Position numbers and translations under genes: made by a program. From positions 201 through 64,200 of the forward strand of contig CAYNHL010000002.1 in NCBI GenBank assembly GCA_964397015.1: DNA of 64,000 nucleotides, written 5' to 3'. Source of the stretch: an uncultured Desulfobacterales bacterium (GTDB lineage: Bacteria; Desulfobacterota; Desulfobacteria; Desulfobacterales; Desulfobacteraceae). Within the stretch, counting starts at the first letter, position 1; every line of letters starts with the position of its first letter. This document shows positions 8,603 through 17,127 of the stretch, piece by piece. Under the pieces are notes generated by a model, which was not told the origin of the DNA, made no database searches, and saw nothing but the letters and a program-made list of their open reading frames with translations.

Positions 8603-11600
8603 TTATGGTTCCGTTTTTTTGTCTGTCATGTTATGGCCGGCTCCAAACAGATCCATCTGCCTTGCCGCCGGAGCTGTTCTGCGTTTCTTGTATTCAGGCC
8701 GGACATATTGTTTCAGCCGGTCCTCCACATCTGACAGAAATGTGGACCTGTTCTGTTTTTGTTCAAGGCCGAATATGCGTCTTTTTTTTGCATAAGTCAA
8801 ACAAAGAATCCTGCGGGCACGGGTCATGCCGACATAAAACAGGCGGCGTTCTTCATCGATATCATCCGGTTCGTTTCCCGGTCTTGCGTATGGGATCAAT
8901 CCCTGCTCGCACCCGGTGATGAATACCACCGGAAATTCGAGTCCTTTTGATGCATGAAGGGTCATGAGGCTGACTTTTTCCACACGGGTATCGATCTGGT
9001 CCGGGTCCTGGTTCAATGCCAGCCGGTCCAGGAACAAGGGTATGTCATGGGCATGGCGAAAAGGAAAATCGAGGATATCCTGGTAAGCCGCTGCGGATCT
9101 GTCATTGGCCTGGATCAGGTCGTGGAGGCCTGATTTGCGTGCCAGGCAGTCAACTGCCCGGGTAAAGGTTTTTTTTCTGATACTCAAGGCAAGTGCTTTT
9201 AAGAATTCAATTGAGTCTTTAACCCCTGAAGCACAAGCGAGATGTGCATCGACAATTTTATTATCGATAAAAGTGGCCTTGTCATAAAGTACCCGCATAA
9301 GGCTTATCAGTTCGCGGATGCCTTCCTGGGAGAAGATGTCAACCTTGTCGGCTGTCTGGCAGGGAATGCCGTGTTTTTCAAGAGCTGAAAAAAAGGCCTG
9401 CCCTTGTTTCCTTGTCCTGTACAGAACTGCGAAATCGGCAAAGGAAAACTGGTTATCCATGGTGGAATCGGTTTTTGAGGCATCCATGGAAAAAAATGAG
9501 GTTCCGCCGATATAATGTTCAATCGTTTTCCCGACAAAGGCCGCTTCTGCCTGCTCACTTGCGGTTTCACAGATGACCAGTTTTCTGGATGTGGTGTCAT
9601 CGGAGAAAATGGCGGTTTTGGCCCGGCCCGGATCTTTTCCGTTAATCATTTGAAAGGAGGCGTCAAGGATGGTCTGGGTGGAGCGGTAATTCTGTTTCAG
9701 GGTTATTCGTTCGGCATCCGGATGCTCCCGGGTGAACAGTTTGAAATAGGAAGGATCAGATCCCCTGAATCCGTATATGGACTGGTCCGGGTCTCCGATT
9801 ACCAGCAGGCGGCTTTTCCTGCTGATGAGTCTTGTCAGCAGGTACTGGCCCTTGTTGATGTCCTGGTATTCATCTACGAATATATATGAAAACCGGTCCT
9901 GTATCTCTTCAAGTGTTTTCCTTTCAGTCTCGAGGATATCGAGGGTCATGGAAATCAGGCCTTCAAAATCCACCAGGCAAAATGACGAGCACAGTTCTTC
10001 ATAGGTTTTGAAGACAAGTTTCACTGAATCGATCCGGTCTACGGGCACCACGTCGGCAAGGTCATCATCCGCGGACAGACGGTTCTGTTTGCAAAGTCCT
10101 ATCAGGTGGTCCAGGTTTCCGGCCCTGGTCTTGTTGATACGGGCAGCTTCTTTTACCAGCTCTTTTCTGGTTACGTCATCGGCAACGGAAAACGGGGTGC
10201 TCCGGTACTGCCGGAGAAAAGCCAGGCAGAATGAATGAAATGTTCCTGTTTCCACTGCACCGGCTGTTTTGGACAGGTGGGGAGTAAGCCGTTGTTTTAT
10301 TTCATTGGCCGCCTTGTTGGTAAAGGTCAGGGCCAGAATGCGGCTGGGCGGGGTTTTCTTTTCAGATATCAGCCAGGCCATTTTGGCAATCAATGTACGG
10401 GTTTTTCCGGTTCCGGGACCGGCGTTGATAATGGTTCTCCGGGCGTCGGAAAAGACAGCCAGTTGCTGCTCCGGGTTCAGGCTGTCTATCAGGTTGCCGC
10501 CGGTGACGGAACGGGTGGTTTCTTCACTATCCTGCGGCGGTGAGAGCTGTCGTGATTGCCGTGCCACCCGGCTTTTTTTCTGTTTAGTCCCTTGATCCTC
10601 TGCAGGCCGGGCGTTGAACAGCTGCCTGGTATGGCCGGCAGCGGCCTGTCGTTGTTTTTCGGAAAAAAGGACTACCTTGCCGAATTCACCGTCATAGCCC
10701 GGATTTATGATCACGTCCCCGGCACGCATTTTACCGATGGCCAAAGCCAGCAGGGGAATGCTGGTTTTTTCGATATCGGCCAGTGGGGTGTCCAGCAAAA
10801 TTGTCAGCTCCGGCCCGAGCAGGGTAATGGCTTTGTTATAGTAATGTGCCACTTTTTTGGTTTTGGGGCCCTGCATGAAAATCTGGGCCAGGATATCGGT
10901 CAAAGGAATGATGTACCGGAATCCATGGCGGTTCTGTGGCTGATATCCGTCAGGCCTTTGGGCAAGTTCCCGGACACGGTACAGAACTCCGAGGGTCAGC
11001 GGCCGGCCGCAGACAGGGCATCTGCCGCCATGCTCACGGGTTTTTTCAGGATCGAGACAGATCCCGCATTTGCGGTGGCCGTCGTAATGATACTTGCCTT
11101 CTTCAGGATACATGTCCAGCGTACCGCCATAGGCATTCATGTCATGGATGGCCAGTGCCTGGCGAATATGAAAAAAGGATAGCTGCGTCGTGAAAACCGA
11201 GGCGTTTCGCCCCAGGTACATGGGAGAATGGGCATCGGAACAGGAGATCAGCCTCCGGTCGTCCAGCTGTGGAACCCGCCAGTTCATGGGAGGATCGGAA
11301 GAAAGGCCGGTTTCAACCGCAAAAATATGTGAACTCAAATCGGAAAAGCATTCATCGATGGAATCAAATCCTGATTTGGACCCGAAGAGGGAAAACCAGG
11401 GTGTCCAGATATGGGCCGGAACAAACATGCCTTTCTCATTGATTTCAAGCATGATTTCCAGCAGGTCACGGGCGTCCAGGCCAAGAATAGGCCGCCCGTC
11501 AGACTTGATATTGCCGATTTTGTCCAGCCTGGTATCAAAAGAGGTCACACTGTCGATGTCAGGGAAAAAAACCAGGTTGTGGTTTTTCCTGACCTTGTCA

Positions 11601-11902
11601 TTTTTTTTGTAGATGCTGCTGATTTCAGTCTGAAGTATAAAACGGACCCTGCCCCGGCAGGATTTTGGAATTTCCCGGTCCAGCCTGGTTGAAACGGTTT
11701 TTTTGAGTTTGAACAATCCCGGTTCTGCAGGCACCAGTTTCTGCTTGATTTCATCCAGCCAGGCAGGATGGGTAAAATCACCGGTGCCGACAAGCGAAAT
11801 CCCCTTGAGCAGGGCGGCCTGGTAGATGTTTTCCAGGTCCAGATTGCGTGCCGTAGCCCTGGAATACTTTGAATGGATGTGCAGATCAGCTGTAATTTTC
11901 AT
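8603..11902 (-). CDS. Endonuclease Q-like PHP nuclease fused to UvrD/PcrA-type SF1 helicase
   Basis: N-terminal half: DLHIHSKYSRA, GTGDFTHP, PAHIWTPW, SCSDAHSP, zinc ribbon CGICL..CPVCGRPLTLGVLYRV, PGYDGEFGKV. C-terminal half: GPGTGKT, LTFTNKAANE, VDEYQD, GDPDQSIYGFRG, QNYRST, LHASKGLEFP, YVGMTRAR. The start is either ATG 11902 (MKITADLHIH) or TTG 11926. Confidence 0.85.
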   Translation of the reverse strand: MKITADLHIHSKYSRATARNLDLENIYQAALLKGISLVGTGDFTHPAWLDEIKQKLVPAEPGLFKLKKTVSTRLDREIPKSCRGRVRFILQTEISSIYKKNDKVRKNHNLVFFPDIDSVTSFDTRLDKIGNIKSDGRPILGLDARDLLEIMLEINEKGMFVPAHIWTPWFSLFGSKSGFDSIDECFSDLSSHIFAVETGLSSDPPMNWRVPQLDDRRLISCSDAHSPMYLGRNASVFTTQLSFFHIRQALAIHDMNAYGGTLDMYPEEGKYHYDGHRKCGICLDPEKTREHGGRCPVCGRPLTLGVLYRVRELAQRPDGYQPQNRHGFRYIIPLTDILAQIFMQGPKTKKVAHYYNKAITLLGPELTILLDTPLADIEKTSIPLLALAIGKMRAGDVIINPGYDGEFGKVVLFSEKQRQAAAGHTRQLFNARPAEDQGTKQKKSRVARQSRQLSPPQDSEETTRSVTGGNLIDSLNPEQQLAVFSDARRTIINAGPGTGKTRTLIAKMAWLISEKKTPPSRILALTFTNKAANEIKQRLTPHLSKTAGAVETGTFHSFCLAFLRQYRSTPFSVADDVTRKELVKEAARINKTRAGNLDHLIGLCKQNRLSADDDLADVVPVDRIDSVKLVFKTYEELCSSFCLVDFEGLISMTLDILETERKTLEEIQDRFSYIFVDEYQDINKGQYLLTRLISRKSRLLVIGDPDQSIYGFRGSDPSYFKLFTREHPDAERITLKQNYRSTQTILDASFQMINGKDPGRAKTAIFSDDTTSRKLVICETASEQAEAAFVGKTIEHYIGGTSFFSMDASKTDSTMDNQFSFADFAVLYRTRKQGQAFFSALEKHGIPCQTADKVDIFSQEGIRELISLMRVLYDKATFIDNKIVDAHLACASGVKDSIEFLKALALSIRKKTFTRAVDCLARKSGLHDLIQANDRSAAAYQDILDFPFRHAHDIPLFLDRLALNQDPDQIDTRVEKVSLMTLHASKGLEFPVVFITGCEQGLIPYARPGNEPDDIDEERRLFYVGMTRARRILCLTYAKKRRIFGLEQKQNRSTFLSDVEDRLKQYVRPEYKKRRTAPAARQMDLFGAGHNMTDKKTEP

Positions 11903-11917
11903 GGTATAATTCTCGTC

Positions 11918-11937
11918 ATTACTCAACTTTCGGGCTT
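11918..11937 (+). repeat. Copy A of a ~20-nt intergenic repeat (ATTACTCAACTTTCGGGCTT)
   Basis: Read directly from the sequence. The reverse complement recurs at 14653-14676 with a 3-nt insertion. An 18/20 copy lies at 43275-43294. Confidence 0.7.
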
Positions 11938-12023
11938 TATCTTTACACGATTTTGCATTAATTTAAAAGAAACATCGACTTTAAAATCCATGAGCCAGTC
12001 ATGGAACAGGTAAAGGATACAAT

Positions 12024-13673
12024 ATGAACAAGACCCCATGCCGGATGCTGACAATGATCCAGGACCCCGGGCTGCCTGATATTCTGCGCAGGGCTGTGAG
12101 TACACTCGATGATATCGAGATTGTCCGGGTTTCGGCACTGGATGATCTCTTCGATTCCCTTATGGAATCGCTTTTTTTCCTTGTGGTGGTGGAGTCAGAT
12201 CCATCTGAAAAGCCGCTCGAGAATCTTGTAATGCGGATAGGCGCCACCCGGCGGCTGGACCATACCCCCCTGCTTGTGTTGACAGACAAGGCATCGAAAC
12301 TTCCTGCAGAATTGCCGGGCAATACAGCATGGGTGGACTGCATGGTTATGCAGAAAAAAACAGTGCAGCTCGAGCTTGCGGCACGGATCAGGCTGTATCA
12401 TGAACTGTTCAAACAGCGGCAGGCGGTCGCCCGAAGCATTGAAGAACTGGATAACATTTATGCCCGGCTGGCCAGGAACCAGGATGCCATGAATTTCCAC
12501 AAGGCTGTTTTGTACAAGACCGCTTTTTCAACAGCAACTTTTGCAACAAAACTGGATCATTCCCTGAGGATGCTGAAAAGCAGCCTGCATGGCATGGAAA
12601 AGCATGACAACCTGCCCGCCGGCTGCAGGCCTTACCTGTCCGGTATCCGTACTGTCATACGGAGTGTCCGCGGGATAGCCGCCAGTATTCAGGCGGGAAA
12701 ACGGTCCGGGGCTGTAATGGAGACCATTCAGCAGCAGCCGGAAGAAATGATCAGGGTGCTGGCAGTCCTGTCGTCCAGCGATGATTTCAACATGCTTCGC
12801 CATGCTCTGAACCAGGGCATGGCCAGCTGCCTGAAGCATGCTGAAACACTGGAACAGGCCTTTGTATTCGTTACAGATGAGCCATTTGACCTGGTTTTCT
12901 CAGGGGACAGCTTTTTTGACGGTACAGGTTTTGATTTTTTGGATTACCTGCGTCAGATAAGGTCAAACATCCCTGTGATTTATGTAACCGGCAAAAGCGA
13001 AGGTGATAAAGCGGCCCGTGCTGTCAGCAAAGGGGCGTATGACTTCATGTTCAGGGAAGATATTTCCATTCCGGCCGTATCGGCGCTGGTAAAGGGAACT
13101 TTTGAAAAAGCCGCCCTGGAAAGGGAAGTCTCGGCTACCAGGCACCGCATTGAAATGCTTTCGAGTATAGACCATTTAACCCGGCTCAATACTAAAAAAT
13201 GTTTTGATGAGACCCTGGAGTTGGAAATAGCCAGATCCAGGCGGTATGAACTGCCGTTGTCCATATTGATTGTCGATTTTGATCACTTCAGGAATGTCAA
13301 TGAAACCTGCGGTTATCCGGACGGGAACACCGCCCTTGCGGTCAGTGCCGGGATTATTGAGAGTACGGTCCGTTCCCATGATGTGGTTTGCCGTTACGGC
13401 GGGGAAGAGTTCGGGGTGGTATTGCCCAACACGAGTGAACAGGGGGCTGTTATCCTGGCAGAAAGGATCCGGAGAAAAATTGAAGACCAGGTATTTGCCT
13501 GTGACAGCGGTCAGGCCCGCCTGACCGTCAGTATCGGTGCAGCAGTATTCAGCCCGGGCTCAGCAGGCGGACCTGGTACCATGGTGAAGCAGGCCCTGGA
13601 TGCACTGTCAAAGGCTATGGCTGAAGGCGGCAACAGGGTCGCGTTGCCGGAAACAGGAAAGACAAACCCATGA
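12024..13673 (+). CDS. Response-regulator-type diguanylate cyclase (degenerate REC, coiled coil, REC, GGDEF)
   Basis: C-terminal GGDEF domain (RYGGEEFGVVLP, DHFRNVNETCGYPDGN). Central REC-like segment (VLAVLSSSDDF...DLVFSGDSFFDGTGFD...VIYVTGK). Confidence 0.85.
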   Translation: MNKTPCRMLTMIQDPGLPDILRRAVSTLDDIEIVRVSALDDLFDSLMESLFFLVVVESDPSEKPLENLVMRIGATRRLDHTPLLVLTDKASKLPAELPGNTAWVDCMVMQKKTVQLELAARIRLYHELFKQRQAVARSIEELDNIYARLARNQDAMNFHKAVLYKTAFSTATFATKLDHSLRMLKSSLHGMEKHDNLPAGCRPYLSGIRTVIRSVRGIAASIQAGKRSGAVMETIQQQPEEMIRVLAVLSSSDDFNMLRHALNQGMASCLKHAETLEQAFVFVTDEPFDLVFSGDSFFDGTGFDFLDYLRQIRSNIPVIYVTGKSEGDKAARAVSKGAYDFMFREDISIPAVSALVKGTFEKAALEREVSATRHRIEMLSSIDHLTRLNTKKCFDETLELEIARSRRYELPLSILIVDFDHFRNVNETCGYPDGNTALAVSAGIIESTVRSHDVVCRYGGEEFGVVLPNTSEQGAVILAERIRRKIEDQVFACDSGQARLTVSIGAAVFSPGSAGGPGTMVKQALDALSKAMAEGGNRVALPETGKTNP

Positions 13674-14653
13674 CCGAATTTGGCACAGGTGAAATCCGCC
13701 GTATCCATGAGTGGGATCAGCAGCAGTCACAGGATATCGAACTGCTGTTCGATTTTACAAACCATCCGGCTGACAGTCATTTTGAAAATCTGGCCCGGCA
13801 GCTTGAACACCTGGCTTCCCGCATGAAGATAACCCGGAGAAAAGATACAAATACGGCTGGCCGCAAGCAGCTTCCGGGCATAGTGATAAATGACCGTATC
13901 CGGTATTCGGCGCTGCCGTATGCCAAGGCATTGCCGTCCTTTCTGGCCGCCCTTTCCGGCAGGCAGGCAGAGCCTGATGACAAAATCAGGCAGATGGTGG
14001 AAAAGATTGAGATTCCCCTCGAGTTGAAACTTTATGTCGCACCGGCCTGTCCGCACTGCCCGGCAATGGTTGATACCCTGCTGTCCATGACAGCCGACTG
14101 TCCGCAGATATCCCTGCATATCGTGGACGGAACCCTTTTTGAAGAAAGTGCCGCTAACGACAGGGTGATGTCAGTGCCCTGCCTGATCCGGGACGATGGT
14201 TTCCAATGGACAGGTACTGCCGATGCTATTGATATCTGCAGCATGATAGTGGACAGGGATTTGTCCGGGCTGTCCACCCATGCGCTGAAAACTGTCCTTG
14301 AACAGGGAAAGGCAGGCTGGATAGCGGAACAGATGATGGCAAAGAATAAAATTTTTCAAGGTTTTTTTGGATTGCTCGTACACGAGACCTGGTCGGTGCG
14401 GCTCGGGGCAATAGTGGTCGTGGAAACACTTGCCGAACAGCATCCGGTCCTTGCTGAAAAACTTTGTCCTTTCCTGCTGGCCCAGTTTTCACAAAGTGAT
14501 GTTACGGTTCAAGGAGATATTCTGTATGCCCTGGGCGAGGCCGGGAACAGGGCAGTTCGTGACCATATCCTGGAGATCATGGAGACCGTTGATAACGAGG
14601 CGGTCCGCCAGGCGGCGCAGGAGGCCGTCGAGACCATCGATTCCAGGTGTTGA
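13670..14653 (+). CDS. Thioredoxin/glutaredoxin-like (CPHC) protein with C-terminal HEAT-like repeats
   Basis: LKLYVAPACPHCPAMVDTL followed by VPCLI is the thioredoxin-fold pattern. The C-terminus has helical repeats (SVRLGAIVVVETLAE, QGDILYALGEAGN). ATGA overlap with the GGDEF gene. Confidence 0.7.
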   Translation: MTEFGTGEIRRIHEWDQQQSQDIELLFDFTNHPADSHFENLARQLEHLASRMKITRRKDTNTAGRKQLPGIVINDRIRYSALPYAKALPSFLAALSGRQAEPDDKIRQMVEKIEIPLELKLYVAPACPHCPAMVDTLLSMTADCPQISLHIVDGTLFEESAANDRVMSVPCLIRDDGFQWTGTADAIDICSMIVDRDLSGLSTHALKTVLEQGKAGWIAEQMMAKNKIFQGFFGLLVHETWSVRLGAIVVVETLAEQHPVLAEKLCPFLLAQFSQSDVTVQGDILYALGEAGNRAVRDHILEIMETVDNEAVRQAAQEAVETIDSRC

Positions 14654-14676
14654 AGCCCGAAAGAAAGTTGAGTAAT
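14653..14676 (-). repeat. Copy B (inverted) of the ~20-nt intergenic repeat
   Basis: The plus strand reads AAGCCCGAAAGAAAGTTGAGTAAT, the reverse complement of copy A with a CTT insertion. It starts at the last base of the TGA stop (14651-14653) of the preceding gene. Confidence 0.7.
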
Positions 14677-14707
14677 TGATAAAAATAAAATTCAGGAGGT
14701 TGGCATC

Positions 14708-15058
14708 ATGAAACATATCCATTACAAAGATATCGCTCCGGTTACCATCGAGCACCAAGAGGCTGTGAATGTATCGGGTCGCCTGCTAATAGGAGGAAAA
14801 GACGGGGCGCAGAATTTTGTCATGAGGTGCTTTGAGGTAGGTCCCGGGGGACACACACCAAGGCATATCCATGAATGGGAGCACGAAGTGTTCGTCCACC
14901 AGGGCAGGGGAAAGGTTCTGCTCGAAGATGCCTGGCATGATCTGTCACCGGGCTCGGTGGTGTTTGTTCCCGGCAATGTTGAGCACCAGTTCCAGAATAA
15001 GTCGGATGCTCCCCTGACATTTATATGCCTTATTCCTTCAGGACCGCCGGAGCTGTGA
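14708..15058 (+). CDS. Cupin domain protein
   Basis: 116 aa with cupin metal motifs GGHTPRHIHEWEHEVFV and FVPGNVEHQF. SD AGGAGG upstream. Confidence 0.8.
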   Translation: MKHIHYKDIAPVTIEHQEAVNVSGRLLIGGKDGAQNFVMRCFEVGPGGHTPRHIHEWEHEVFVHQGRGKVLLEDAWHDLSPGSVVFVPGNVEHQFQNKSDAPLTFICLIPSGPPEL

Positions 15059-16698
15059 TGAAGATCAGGACCTGCGTATCAAAACAGGGCCGTTTTATTA
15101 CAGGTGTCCATTCTCCCGGGTTCAAGGTGGCCAACATGCGTGAGAACGACAGCCTGTCTGTTTTGGGAAAAGATTTCGAGGGCAGGGAGATCCAGAATTC
15201 AGCCAATTTTCCTCGAGGAGATGTCCATGCCCCAAACGCGGACCGGATTTATGAAATTCACAACCCGCTGGGTTTCAGGGGCGCCACTTTCATAAACAGT
15301 GCATGGGCCGGACCCGCGGCCGAAAATCCCCAGTCGATAAGCCTGCCTGCTCCTGAAAGCCATTCGTTTCTCGATGCCCTGACCCGCTGGCTGGGAGGGG
15401 AACATCCGGACGGCAAACCGGTTGAAACCCTGCTGGAACAACTACCCGTCCCCATGCAGGTGGCCCTGGCAGGCTCCTCACAGGATCCCGGGGAACTGAC
15501 ATACCTGTCCCGCATGTGTTGCGAGCTTTTATTCGAGTCCGATTCATCCGGACCTTCGGGCATGGTTATGAGGCCTGATAAAGACGGAGCTTTTAAACCC
15601 GTTATCCGGAATCATGATATTTTTGAAGCACTGGTGAACAATCCGGCCCTGCCCGAGGCCTATAAACAGGCAATGGTTCTCAGGCCCGGCATCCAGGGGA
15701 CCAGTGAAATTGTCGGGGAGTATGCCTGCAGTAAAGGCCGCAGTCATGTGTTTGAATATCTGCGGCAAAACAGTTATATTCCCTGGGGACACTATGCCGC
15801 CAACATGGCTGACGACGCTGTGCGCTACAGTATCAGGGATCTTTTGCCCAAAGACATGACCGGGATGCGGCACCTTTATTACCAGCGGACTTTTATCCGC
15901 CTGGCCGGGCAGCTTGGGATAGATGTCCAGGCATCGAGAAGGGCACTGACTCCTGGTGAACTGGAAGCCTGCCGACTTGAAATACTTGAAAAACTGGCCT
16001 CCGTTGAGCCCGGTGCACTGGAGTTCAACGGGGTGTTGTGGGGATGGAATTTCGGGTTTCAACTGGCCCATACCGGATACCGCCTTCACGCGTCCCACCA
16101 GCAGGTCCACCAGCAGAACGCCATGATTCCTGCACAGGTGGAGAGCTTGTCCGGTCATGAAACCATGCCGGCCTTTGCCTGCGGTGACATGGTGGATGAA
16201 TTCGTCCGGCAGTACCGCCGGGAAACCGGCAGGCCCTTTTTTGAAAATTACATTGCCGCGGTCAGGAACAATACCCGGACCGACGGTGACCTGGAAAAAC
16301 CATCCAGCCTGGTGATACACGAGGATGATCATACCATGCTGTTTGTGCCCAAGGCCCAGGTTTCACAATGGGAGCTCCAGCTCATGCCGAAAACATCCTG
16401 CGGAAATATTCTCGAGGCCGATCCGGCAATGAGACAATCACTGGATAACTCAATTCTCAAGGCACTGCAGGCTTTAGAATCCCTTGGAGCCAGGATGGTG
16501 ACAAGCATCGAGTTTTCCAGGCGGTTTGATAATCGAAACCGGGATCAGTATCTTTTGTATTCGTTTATTCCGCGTCTTCCCCAGGCGCCGCCAACATTCA
16601 GCGAAGCCCAGTTCAGGTGGATCAGCGGCTGTTATCCGGAAGACGTTGCTCTTGCATGCAGGCTGGCATTGAAAGGAATACCGGATGATACGTCATGA
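15058..16698 (+). CDS. Hypothetical protein; C-terminal half resembles the GalT/HIT-superfamily nucleotidyltransferase fold
   Basis: The start is set at the ATG overlapping the cupin stop (TGATG). LHASHQQVHQQ followed about 65 aa later by HTMLFVPKAQVSQWELQLMPK parallels the GalT HPHGQ ... VVPYWAAWPFETLLLPK layout. This comparison is from memory and was not searched. Confidence 0.55.
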   Translation: MKIRTCVSKQGRFITGVHSPGFKVANMRENDSLSVLGKDFEGREIQNSANFPRGDVHAPNADRIYEIHNPLGFRGATFINSAWAGPAAENPQSISLPAPESHSFLDALTRWLGGEHPDGKPVETLLEQLPVPMQVALAGSSQDPGELTYLSRMCCELLFESDSSGPSGMVMRPDKDGAFKPVIRNHDIFEALVNNPALPEAYKQAMVLRPGIQGTSEIVGEYACSKGRSHVFEYLRQNSYIPWGHYAANMADDAVRYSIRDLLPKDMTGMRHLYYQRTFIRLAGQLGIDVQASRRALTPGELEACRLEILEKLASVEPGALEFNGVLWGWNFGFQLAHTGYRLHASHQQVHQQNAMIPAQVESLSGHETMPAFACGDMVDEFVRQYRRETGRPFFENYIAAVRNNTRTDGDLEKPSSLVIHEDDHTMLFVPKAQVSQWELQLMPKTSCGNILEADPAMRQSLDNSILKALQALESLGARMVTSIEFSRRFDNRNRDQYLLYSFIPRLPQAPPTFSEAQFRWISGCYPEDVALACRLALKGIPDDTS

Positions 16699-17080
16699 AT
16701 TTGTATACAGCTGGGACGGAAAAACCCATGACAATGAAAAACCCGTTGCCTGGTGGCCCGGATCTTACCGGGTGCGCATAGTTGACCTGGATCACGGCAA
16801 AAAAAACGTTACATTCATAAAACCCCTGGCGGTTATAATGAAAAACAATGGCAAAGGTACATCCATAAGGCACTGCATTCACAATTTCGCCCTGAAAATA
16901 TCTAAAAAGTACGGATTTGATCTTGAAAAAGCCCTTTGGGTAGAAATGGATGACGATATCCGGGTGGCAAGGGTTGCCGGCAGGCAGGAATTGCAGGATG
17001 GGCCTCTTTACCGCATGACATGGCGAAAGGCACTGCCCAACGAGCGTGAAATGCTGGCCCCTTTTTTGTTCGATAAGTGA
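16685..17080 (+). CDS. Hypothetical protein (131 aa)
   Basis: The ORF overlaps the preceding gene by 14 nt and is followed by a strong terminator. No motif recognised. Confidence 0.5.
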   Translation: MIRHEFVYSWDGKTHDNEKPVAWWPGSYRVRIVDLDHGKKNVTFIKPLAVIMKNNGKGTSIRHCIHNFALKISKKYGFDLEKALWVEMDDDIRVARVAGRQELQDGPLYRMTWRKALPNEREMLAPFLFDK

Positions 17081-17127
17081 AAAAAAGCGCCTGCTTTTGC
17101 TTCAGGCGCTTTCCCTGTCTTTTTTTA
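17081..17127. terminator. Bidirectional rho-independent terminator
   Basis: Stem AAGCGCCTG (17085-17093) pairs with CAGGCGCTT (17103-17111). An A-run lies on the left and a T-run on the right. It sits between convergent genes. Confidence 0.75.

Noticed and set aside
11918-14676. Interpreting the inverted-repeat-flanked 2.7-kb unit as a transposon or MITE-mobilised cassette
   Set aside because: There is no transposase or recombinase, no target-site duplication outside the repeats, and the repeats are only ~20 nt. It is kept as a repeat observation only.
15544-16332. 262-aa minus-strand ORF inside the 546-aa gene. Similar long antisense ORFs occur at 38912-39733, 45525-46076, 48363-49058, 62399-63025 and 21716-22249.
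   Set aside because: Each lies opposite a gene with clear motif support or operon context, lacks an SD, and has skewed composition (Pro/Arg/Gly- or Ser-rich). I treat them as shadow ORFs.
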